Below are positions 32,382-42,793 of a DNA stretch of 64,000 nt, one piece after another; the stretch's first letter is position 1, and every line of letters starts with the position of its first letter. The notes under the pieces are model-generated. The model was given only the letters and a program-made list of their open reading frames with translations. It was not told the DNA's origin and did no database searches. The stretch is from Lingula anatina (lineage: Eukaryota; Animalia; Brachiopoda). The position numbers and the translations under genes were made by a program. Where the stretch lies: the NCBI GenBank assembly GCA_051362555.1, contig CM120648.1:18968587-19032586 (forward strand), in the 5' to 3' direction.

Positions 32382-35300
32382 TTACAAGACTGAAAAGCTT
32401 TTAAGCATACTTTTATCAGCAAATTTTGGAAACAGTAACCTTAAAGATATGAAAATTTTGGATGGTATATCAGTGCTAGTGTATACTTCATATTGCCTAG
32501 TAACAGTTGCCTTGGTGATCTCCAAGGCAACAAGTTCTGGTTCTACTGGCTGTATGGTGTTGTGCCAGTCACTGCCAAACATGCCTACGAATGATTTCAC
32601 CGCTCTCTCCGTCCCTGAAAAGATAACTTTAGGTCGGATTAACTGAACGCAGGTAGAAAGACCAAGGAAATATTTAGTTGTAATTAATTACTTATTGTTT
32701 TGAAATTGAAAAATGATGGATTTAAGTTGGAAATTAGGATTACTGGAAGAGGGCACTGAATAGGTGAAAATACAACCTCTTTCATATCAAATTCACATGA
32801 TAGATATATTTTATGAATGTACATATGAACCAAGCATCGGTGGAGTGTGGATTCCCAGTAACACATAAACCACTTCTACTAGTTTCTTATACGGCTCAAA
32901 TAAAATCAACATGTTAAGGGATAAACTGAATAAATCACTCGTTCTGCCAAAAAAGAGCTTTAGACTGCTCTTTTCTTTAAATTTTTGGTCAAAAACTTTA
33001 TCTACTTTCCTGACCTAGTTTTCTGCCACATTGATATACAGCAGCAAATCCATTCAGATATGATTTTTCGGGTAAAATTAAAAAGTGTCTTTTGGTTATC
33101 ATCTTAGTTATACTACTAAAAACTATATGCTGGCATTTTGGTTAGCTTTTATGGCAAAATGTGCCAGAATTTAAGACTGAAAGATTTATTTACTCCTTTA
33201 TTCCATATGCACCTTTAAATCGTGGAACGCAACTTATTTTGTTCTATGTTCAGTAGTTTCAAAGCTCCAACAGCAAACATGAAGTATTTTATTATTACGT
33301 GTATAATATTGTAATGCTATCTGCATGTTTTGTACAACTTCAAAACGAACTGGAAATTTAGCAATAAAATAACATTTGTGTCATTACTAAAATTTTATCA
33401 GCATTCTTTGGTGGCACCAGCATTCCAATTACATGCAAGCACTGGTAAATATATATAGGTACTTTGTACGTGTGAAATAAGAATAATAATAATAAATACG
33501 ATAACAATAACACATACAAATCACGCTGGACTACCAAAAATTACATAAATTTACTTGTACTTACGTGTAGCTCCTACCATACACAAGGCAACAGACACCC
33601 CAGAGTTATAGAGAGCCAGTTCCTGTACTTACGTGTAGCGCCCACCATACACAAGGCAACATACACTCCAGAGTTATAGAGAGCCAGTTCCTGTACTTAC
33701 GTGTAGCGTCTATCATACACAAGGTAACAGACACCCCAGAGTTATAGAGAGCCAGTTCCTGAACTTACGTGTAGCGTCTATCATACACAAGGTAACAGAC
33801 ACCCCAGAGTTATAGAGAGCCAGTTCCTGTACTTACGTGTAGCGTCTATCATACACAAGGTAACAGACACCCCAGAGTTATAGAGAGCCAGTTCCTGTAC
33901 TTACGTGTAGCGTCTATCATACACAAGGTAACAGACACCCCAGAGTTATAGAGAGCCAGTTCCTGTACTTACGTGTAGCTCCTACCATACACAAGGTAAC
34001 AGACACCCCAGAGTTATAGAGAGCCAGTTCCTGTACTTACGTGTAGCTCCTACCATACACAAGGTAACAGACACCCCAGAGTTATAGAGAGCCAGTTCCT
34101 GTACTTACGTGTAGCTCCTACCATACACAAGGTAACAGACACCCCAGAGTTATAGAGAGCCAGTTCCTGTACTTACGTGTAGCGTCTATCATACACAAGG
34201 TAACAGACACCCCAGAGTTATAGAGAGCCAGTTCCTGTACTTACGTGTAGCTCCTACCATACACAAGGTAACAGACACCCCAGAGTTATAGAGAGCCAGT
34301 TCCTGTACTTACGTGTAGCTCCTACCATACACAAGGTAACAGACACCCCAGAGTTATAGAGAGCCAGTTCCTGTACTTACGTGTAGCGTCTATCATACAC
34401 AAGGTAACAGACACCCCAGAGTTATAGAGAGCCAGTTCCTGTACTTACGTGTAGCGTCTATCATACACAAGGTAACAGACACCCCAGAGTTATAGAGAGC
34501 CAGTTCCTGTACTTACGTGTAGCTCCTACCATACACAAGGTAACAGACACCCCAGAGTTATAGAGAGCCAGTTCTTGTACTTACGTGTAGCTCCTACCAT
34601 ACACAAGGTAACAGACACCCCAGAGTTATAGAGAGCCAGTTCCTGTACTTACGTGTAGCTCCTACCATACACAAGGCAACAGACACCCCAGAGTTATAGA
34701 GAGCCAGTTCCTGTACTTACGTGTAGCGTCTACCATACACAAGGTAACAGACACCCCAGAGTTATAGAGAGCCAGTTCCTGTACTTACGTGTAGCGTCTA
34801 TCATACACAAGGTAACAGAGACACCCCAGAGTTATAGAGAGCCAGTTTCTGTACTTACGTGTAGCGTCTATCATACACAAGGTAACAGACACCCCAGAGT
34901 TATAGAGAGCCAGTTCCTGTACTTAGGTGTAGCTCCTACCATACACAAGGTAACAGACACTCCAGAGTTATAGAGAGCCAGTTCCTGTACTTACGTGTAG
35001 CTCCTACCATACACAAGGTAACAGACACTCCAGAGTTATAGAGAGCCAGTTCCTGTACTTACGTGTAGCTCCTACCATACACAAGGTAACAGACACTCCA
35101 GAGTTATAGAGAGCCAGTTCCTGCCTGAGGACGCCAAAGGTGGTGGTGTGAATTAACAGCGTGGTGTGAATTAGTACATACGCTGTAGTGACTTATTACT
35201 TATTATTATTATATATACAGTCATCCAGAGGAAACAGTTCAAGTCTTATGATGTTTACTGCTATGAAATACGCACACTGGTCTGGAAGAAATACAACAGT

Positions 35301-36021
35301 GGTAGAAAAAGTTGTCCCACCCCCGGTTTCATGTGCTTTTATTTATAAATGATCACATCACAGGAGTTAATTGCTATAAATTGTGTTTTTCATTCCAGAT
35401 ACCATAGCTAACTTGATTAGTGGTAAAGAAAATACAAACTAGCGGTGAAGATACCAACATTTAATACCATTTATTCACATTTATTACGTGTACCCCTCAA
35501 ATCCGACGTTTCACTGTGATTTTCACAGAGGTAAAGAAATGCATGTCCATTAAATTGAAATGACACCACGCGCTAGCGCTAGCACATGAAACCTTTTGAC
35601 CAATGTTGTATATACCATAAAACTAAGAAGAGCTAGGTCGTGATTATTTCAAATGAATTCAATATTAAATCAAAACACTCAACCTGTCTGAAAAGGTCTT
35701 CTGCAAGAATGTTGTTCGAGACTGAACAAACGGTAATTTTTTTTTTCATCTTCTTGTTATTTGAGACGTTTTATTTCAAGTGATTGACAGGCAGACGACA
35801 TACCCACCCGCAGTAGAGGAGACCACAGAAAGGTGACCACGACTATTAGTCAACAGAGGTAGTGCATGGGACGCCAGATGAACAAATGACCGGAAGTTAA
35901 CGTCCATACTGGTGGTCAGTCTCGTGAAGTTATCCTCTGTCCCCAGCCACGGCTGGACGTTAGGCGATATAGCATGGTTCAAAATCAGTATGTCCAGCCC
36001 GCCGAGTTTGTTTTCCGTAAA
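32382..36021 (-). pseudogene. 11beta-hydroxysteroid dehydrogenase-like SDR, C-terminal exons only: 36021-35808, a partial exon ~35138-35061, and 32614-32382
   Basis: LGGLDILILNH...MDVNFRSFVHLASHALPLL...GHLSVVSSTAG; FGVLRQELAL...VSVTLCMVGAT; terminal exon RTERAVKS...VALEITKA. The YxxxK part and the N-terminal TGxxxGIG exons were not found. Confidence 0.75.
33557..35123 (-). repeat. 68-bp tandem repeat, ~23 copies, of the SDR exon end plus donor GTAAGT
   Basis: Minus-strand unit AGGAACTGGCTCTCTATAAC...GGAGCTACAC|GTAAGTAC; two sequence variants are interspersed. Confidence 0.95.
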
Positions 36022-36389
36022 CTTGGTTTATGAAAAAAACAACAATGTTTTTATAATATTTAACCAATCGTTTGTTGCAATTCTAGAGACATTTTGCAGT
36101 TGTGCACACTTTAATTGCTGTACTGTTTTCACTGTTCGTTTAAAATTGCTTTCGTTTAGGTCACAAAAGTCGTCACGCTTGTTTCCATGAATATTATATT
36201 AATGATAAAAAACTAAACTTGGCATCCAATTGCTCATTATTCAGACATCTTCTTGTATATTTGACAATACTGTAATTCACAACGTTCACATTGTTCAGGA
36301 CCCATATACTGTAACCCCTCTACCCATGATGACTGCCGAAATTGATAATGCCAAAAGTTTAGCTGGGTCCCCGATCTTAATTGCCCTGA

Positions 36390-36565
36390 GTTGGCAGACT
36401 TTGTCCAAACATATCATACTTCACAGTTCCTGACCACTTGTGTCAGTGAAGTTGAGTTATTTACCTGGTTGATTTCCATTACAGGCTTTTGTAATAAGCC
36501 GCTGCACACCTGGTTAAGAGATAAAATCGGCCTTAACTGCCGATCGTTATCTGTGATCGGGAATC
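36390..36565 (+). repeat. Dispersed repeat with an inverted copy at ~51353-51538
   Basis: CTGACCACTTGTGTCAGT...GCCGCTGCACACCTGGTTAAGAGATAAAATCGGCCTTAAC...ATCGTTATCTGTGATCGGGAA matches the reverse complement of that region. Confidence 0.8.
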
Positions 36566-36997
36566 TTACAGTGGTACGTAGATTGCAAAGACTCATTTGC
36601 TTACCTGGATGAGCATATTATTCACATCTCTTTGAAAAGAAAACCATATGGAAGCAACTGATAATATCAAGGAAGGTTTCAATTGTACTAATAACTGATG
36701 ACGTTGCATATTGTTGACGTGCTGGTGCTGACAAGATATTGAATGAGTATATTATCTCTTCTGCCAGCACTATGATGCCAATCTATAAAAAATTATTTAA
36801 TTTGGTATTAGATACTGGTATTTTACCAGAAGTATGGTTAATAGGCACTATAATCCCAATCTATAAGCAAAAGGGAAACATAAATGACCCAAAGAACTAT
36901 AGGCCAATTACTTTACTCAGTTGTCTGGGCAAAGTATTCACTTCTATATTATGTAAAAGACTAACTGATTACTCTGACAACTTTATGCTGTTACAGG

Positions 36998-37255
36998 TGT
37001 AACGTTAGTAAGTGACAGCATGCAGCGAATAAGAGCGGGGAGTGTTTTGTAGTGTCACTTTAGTTGATTGACACGGCCTTATTGTACTTAAGCGAAGAAT
37101 GTAATGTAGACGGGGAGAACGATGTAAGAGGTTGAACGATGAGGAACAAACTGTAGATAGCGTAGTTAGAAAGCGATAATAAAGAATATGGGAAAACATG
37201 GAATTGTTTAGTTATTACCTCGCGCCACCAAGACAAAGTCAGTAACGTCGTCACA
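36998..37255 (+). repeat. 5' LTR (258 bp)
   Basis: TGTAAC...GTCACA; identical by eye to 45610-45867. Confidence 0.97.
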
Positions 37256-37257
37256 TA

Positions 37258-37270
37258 TGGTGGAGGATGC
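37258..37270 (+). promoter_or_regulatory. Primer-binding site TGGTGGAGGATGC, probably tRNA-Ala
   Basis: Starts 2 nt after the LTR and is complementary to a tRNA 3' end ...GCAUCCUCCACCA. Confidence 0.7.
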
Positions 37271-37300
37271 AAAAAGAGGAAGAGACTTTCAACATGAATA

Positions 37301-38383
37301 ATGTCAGATAGAGAGGGACCAGTCACCAGACAGACATCCAGAGGAGAACGTATTCTATCCGAAAAGAGGATGGCAACGGGACAAACAAAGGAAATGAAAG
37401 GTAAGGAAGAACCTTTTGATTTTTTAGATATTCGAGACCATTTAGAAGACATTCACATGAAATTAGATGTTATGGGCAAGGGTGACCCTCTTTTACAAGC
37501 AGTTCAGAGGCAACTTACAGAATTAAATGAAAAACCAACTTCCGTTTTTGCCGGTCCAAATATCGATACATTCTTTGGCTTTTCAACAGAAAACGCGCGG
37601 TTATGGCTTACGAGGTCTGAAAATTACTGCAATTTGAATAAATATTCCCCAGATCGGAAATTGCATGCCTTTATGCTATACATGAAAGGTCCAGCTGAAA
37701 TATGGTTATCCGAATTGTCTGACGCAAGAAAATCGAGTTACGATGTTCTTAAAACCGAATTTCAAAACAATTTCGACAGACAAACGTCAAAATGGACTAG
37801 AGAACACGAACTCGGAGAAAGAAAACAAGCAGAAAATGAATCCATCGAGGTTTACATCGCAGATATGCGACACCGTTTTTCTCTGCTTAATAAAAGCGCG
37901 GACGATAGACTCGCGTATTTCGTGAGAGGGTTACGGAACGAAATAAAACGTTTTGTTATTGCGCAAAACCCATCTAATTTAGAAGAAGCAGAAAATCATG
38001 CACGATTAGGGTCAACAATTGCATCAATACCAGTTGAAAACGAAAAGCCGGAGATCGTAACATCTGTCTCTGGAATTGAGAAAAATCTCCAGCGAATAAT
38101 GGAACAGCAGGAAAAACAAATTAATGACATTCGCCGGGAAATTAGACGCGAGCAAGTAGGAAAACAACACTTTGCGGGAACACCGTACTGTTCTTACTGT
38201 CGTAGGAACGGGCACACATATGCTGCGTGTCGGCGTCAAAAACAGACCACAGGGGGGCCCCGTTGTTTCAAATGCAACAGATTTGGGCATATACAGAAAT
38301 TTTGCAGATCATTTCCAAATTCCCGACAACAAAATACTCGAGGGAGGCAAAACTTTTACAATGGGAACCGAAATTTAAACTAG
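37301..38383 (+). CDS. gag: Gag with capsid domain and two CCHC zinc knuckles
   Basis: 360-aa ORF; RKQAENESIEVYIADM (MHR-like); CSYCRRNGHTYAAC and CFKCNRFGHIQKFC. Confidence 0.95.
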   Translation: MSDREGPVTRQTSRGERILSEKRMATGQTKEMKGKEEPFDFLDIRDHLEDIHMKLDVMGKGDPLLQAVQRQLTELNEKPTSVFAGPNIDTFFGFSTENARLWLTRSENYCNLNKYSPDRKLHAFMLYMKGPAEIWLSELSDARKSSYDVLKTEFQNNFDRQTSKWTREHELGERKQAENESIEVYIADMRHRFSLLNKSADDRLAYFVRGLRNEIKRFVIAQNPSNLEEAENHARLGSTIASIPVENEKPEIVTSVSGIEKNLQRIMEQQEKQINDIRREIRREQVGKQHFAGTPYCSYCRRNGHTYAACRRQKQTTGGPRCFKCNRFGHIQKFCRSFPNSRQQNTRGRQNFYNGNRNLN

Positions 38384-38453
38384 AACGGCAAAAATCACAA
38401 ATTGGAAAAGAACGGGGTGAATTTTGCCAACATATTTCTAGGGGCACCCGTTC
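38374..38453 (+). promoter_or_regulatory. -1 ribosomal frameshift signal: slippery T TTA AAC plus H-type pseudoknot
   Basis: Heptamer at 38374-38380 just before the gag TAG; 6-nt spacer; stem 1 38387-38398/38417-38428; stem 2 38410-38416/38447-38453; pol lies in the -1 frame. Confidence 0.85.
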
Positions 38454-38815
38454 GATCATGGCATGTGAAAAGGAAATAAAATTAGGGAAAAACAATTTTG
38501 TAGAACTGCTCATCAATGGAATCAAAATTAGTGCTTTGATAGATACAGGATCATATGTTACAATTGTGAATACCGACCTATTACGGAAACACGACACTCT
38601 AAAATCACTACGTATCATAACATCTACAGAAACGACAGCTGTGGCTGCAAATAACACACGAATCACATTGAAAGGGCAAGTGTCAGTAGATTTGCGTTTC
38701 CCTGGTGGATACAATTCTGTTAACACGTTAGTGCAAACAGCTGATAATATTGGGTATGATATGATTATTGGGAATGATTTCCTGAGAGAAAACAGAGCGA
38801 TTATAGATTTCACTA
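38374..38815 (+). CDS. pol: Pol N-terminus: aspartic protease, interrupted by a MITE
   Basis: ALIDTGS and MIIGNDFL motifs. Confidence 0.9.
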
Positions 38816-39099
38816 CCCGCACGAAAATGCAGTAGTATCGAAGTAGCAAAGAAGCATTAACGCAGTAGTGGTATGGAGCATATTTGCAGTAGAAATGCAG
38901 TATAGCCTACTGCAATTCTACTTCAAAAATTACATAGGGTTGTACAGAGGAGGAGCATTAATGCAGTAGATTAGCAGCATGATAGAAGCATGTTTCAAAT
39001 ATGCTAATTAGCTCCCACATCGAAGCAGATTTGAAGCATGTTTGCAGTATGATTGCAGTAGTCTACTGCGCTGGAGTATCTACTTCGTTTTCGTGCGGG
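38816..39099. mobile_element. 284-bp MITE (CCCGCACGAAAA TIR, TA TSD, subterminal GCAGTA/GAAGCAT repeats; EnSpm-like) inserted in Gypsy pol
   Basis: TA|CCCGCACGAAAA...TTTTCGTGCGGG|TA; removing it restores ...IDFTKHTVRLSKKSYPVKAIKNVL in frame. Confidence 0.92.
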
Positions 39100-39101
39100 T
39101 A

Positions 39102-42100
39102 AACACACGGTCAGACTTTCAAAGAAAAGTTACCCAGTCAAGGCTATTAAAAATGTTTTGATACATGCGGAATCAGAAGTTCTTTTTCTCTGTGCTATCC
39201 ATGCGAATTTACCCAATGGAGTTGAAGGAGTTGTTTACAAAAACAAAAATTTATCACATTTGCCTTTTGAATGTGCGAGGGTTTTAGGTGTTACTAATCA
39301 AAATATGATCCTTGTGCGATGTATAAATACTGCGAAGTATCCTTTTCTCATCAGGAAAAGAACAAAATTAGGATGTTTTTCAATTTTGCCCCAAGATACA
39401 AAAATTACTGAATTTTCAAACGATACAGAAAAGTCGGGAAGAACTATAGCTCCGACGACGGTGAATGAAACAAAAAATGAAGTCCCTGATGTAGATTTCA
39501 GTGATTCAGATATCACTAGTGAACAAAAAGCAGAATTTGTTGATTTGTTGTCAAAATATGCGGACGTATTTAAACAACCTGGGGAGCCTTTGAAAATGAC
39601 CCCAGTCATTGAACATGATATCAGAGTGGACCCAAATCAAATGCCCATTCGTTCGCAAATGTATCGAACGTCACCAAAACATCGGAAGATTATAGAGGAA
39701 CAGGTAGGGAACATGTTACAAGAAGGTATTATAAGACCATCTGTCTCTCCGTGGAGTAGTCCGGTCGTTTTAGTACAAAAACCAGATGGCTCATATCGTT
39801 TTTGCATTGATTACAGAAAGCTGAATGCGGTTACAAAAGATGATGTTTACCCTTTACCGAGAATTGACGATACGATAGACGCGTTGGGGTCAATTAAACC
39901 GAAATTCATGTCAACGTTTGACCTTCAAAGTGGATATTGGGAAGTAGGGTTATCAGAAAAAAGTAAACCGATGAGCGCATTCGTTTGTCATGCCGGTCTT
40001 TTTGAATTTAACAGAATGCCGATGGGTCTTAAAAGTTCAGGCGCAACTTTTTCACGAATGGTAGAAAATGTGTTTCGAGGTTTATCATGGAAAACACTTT
40101 TCTTGTATTTAGATGACATTATAGTTGCGAGTCCCACTTTTGAAGATCACCTTCGTGATGTAGAAACTGTTTTCCAAAGGCTAAGAAAAGCGAACTTAAC
40201 ATTGAAGCCATCTAAATGTTTTATTGCACGAAAAGAAGTCAAATATTTAGGGTACATAGTCTCCAAAGACGGTGTTCGTGTTGACCCTATGAAGTGTAAG
40301 GCGGTGCAGGAATTCCCAGTCCCTTTAAATGTTAAACAAGTACGCGGATTTTTAGGATTGGCAAATTACTATCGGAAGTTTATAAAAGGCTACGCTGCCA
40401 TAGTTAGACCTTTGACAGCTCTTACACAAAAGGGGAAAGAATTTAAATGGTCTGAAGAATGCCAAACGAGTTTCGATACCCTGAAGACTGCGCTTACATC
40501 TGCTCCAATTCTTGCGTATCCCAATTTTAATCTCCCGTTTATTCTTTACACCGACGCGAGTTCACACGCGTTAGGCATGGTTCTATCACAAATACAAGAC
40601 GGTAAAGAAAGAGTCATCGCTTATGCCGGGAGAGGTTTAAAAAGACACGAGAAAAATTATCCCATTACGGAATTGGAAGGATTAGCAGTTGTACAAGGTA
40701 TAAAATATTTCGATATCTACCTTAGGCATTCCAAATTCAAAGTTATCACAGACCACGATAGCCTTAAATGGTTATTGTCACAAAAACAACCGCGTGGAAG
40801 ATTGTGTCGATGGATACTGACTTTATCCCCGTACAATTTTACTATTGAACACAGAAAAGGAAAAAACCACGCGAATGCAGACGCGCTTAGCCGCCGCCCT
40901 TACGACATGGAAAACGATGATGAAGAATTAGACTTGGGCAAACTTTATGACACAACGCAGAGTTCAATTCCAAGTGACGCGTGTTTGAACAAAATACAGA
41001 TGTCAGACCCCATCTCAGGACAGGTACTTGACGATAACTCTAACAAGAGTGACAACATATCAGATAAGTGTGGAATGTTTTTAGCAATTAAAGGGAAGAC
41101 AAAGAACACAAATCGTTTGTCAAAATGTCAAGACTATCAGTCATTTGTTTCAAAAGAAGAATTGCTAAAACTCCAGCGTGAAGATAAGAACCTTGCGTCA
41201 ATTATCGCGTATTTGACATCAGATGAACTACCACTTGGTAGTAAAGAAGCTCGACGTTTGTTGTTAGAAATCGGAGATTACGTGATGATAGACGGTTTTT
41301 TACATCATATTTATGTCCCCAAAGGAAGGAAATCACCCCACTCAGAAGGTTATTTGCAACTTGTTATTCCCGACAAGTTGAAGTACAACGTTTTGTCTAG
41401 TTTACACGATGATATCACAATCGGTCATGGGGGCATTCAGAAAACATACTTAGCATTGCGGATGAAGTACTTTTGGAAAGGTCAATTCGCAGATGTGGTC
41501 GATTACGTGCGTTCTTGTGTTGAATGCTTGACAAAGAAAAACCCTCCAAAAGATTTCAGGGCTCCGTTGTTACCTTTGCCCGTGGAAGGTAGCTTTGATA
41601 GATTGTCTGTTGACTGCATAACATCTCTGCCAGTTACGAGTCGAGGGAATAAGAATTTGGTTACATTCATAGACAGTTTAACCGGATGGCCAGAAGCATT
41701 CCCGGTACCCGATATTACAGCACCTACCATTGCAAGATTGCTTTTTGATGAGATAATATGTAGGCATGGGGTACCCAAAACTTTGTTAAGTGATAGAGGC
41801 AGTAATTTCCTCTCAGACATAGTGATGGAGTTATGCAAATACACAGACATGTCAAAAATTCAAACCAGTTCGTACCATCCCATGATAAACGGTCAAGTAG
41901 AGAGATTAAATGGGTTGATTATGAAAACATTATCAAATTATGTTTCAAAGAATCAAAAAGATTGGGATTTATTTGTTAACTCAGCTCTGATGGGTATACG
42001 AGTTACACCTAACGCGAGCTCTATGATGAGTCCATTTTTCCTGTTATATGGCAAAGAGGCACGTTTACCAATTGATGTAGCTCTTCTGTCCCCAGTGATA

Positions 42101-42793
42101 AAATCTCCATCAATGAACTATCACATTCAAAATTTGATAAAGAAATTGAGTGTGGCTCAAGAGATAGCCCATGAGAATATAGAACAAGCAAAAGAGAGAA
42201 TGAAAAGATTGTATGATAGGAAAGCTCAAGATGTGAAATATCAAATAGGCGATCGTGTATTCGTTTACAACCCAGCTGTCCCGAAAGGATGCACTAAAAA
42301 GTTAGCACGACTCTATCATGGTCCATTCACTATCATAGATATGCCTACACCCGTTAATGTGAAGTTAAGCCGTGTGTCAGACAATCATGTAGTGAAAACT
42401 CTTGTCCATGTGAATCGTTTGAAACTGGGGTACGACAGGAAAATGAGACCGCCAGATACTGAAATTCCCGATTTAAATAATGGTGACGATACACAATTAC
42501 AAGAAGAAGATTTCCCAAGTGATAGTTTTATCACGGAGCCGGAAAATGAAGTACAACAAGAGAATGAGGCTGGAGGACAAGTTGATTTGCCCCAGACCAC
42601 TGATGAACTATTTGAAGTAGAAAAAGTCTTACGTGGTCGAGTGAGGAAAAACGGTGAAACACAATACCTCATTAAGTGGAAAGGGTTTCCTCAAAGTCAG
42701 AATACTTGGGAACCCGTTGACAATCTCAATAAAGCCACATTGGATTACATTAAAGAGAATAATATTAAAGTGACGGGAAAGAAAATTAAGTAG
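39102..42793 (+). CDS. pol: Pol: RT, RNase H, integrase, GPF/GPY module and chromodomain
   Basis: RFCIDYRKLN, YLDD, TDAS, ELEGLA, HDDITIGH...CVEC, DDE core (SVDC, SDRGSNF, VERLN), YHGPF, FEVEKVL...YLIKWKGF...NTWEP. Confidence 0.97.

Noticed and set aside
37005-42672. Antisense ORFs over the LTR, gag and pol
   Set aside because: Shadows of sense coding sequence with no recognisable motifs.
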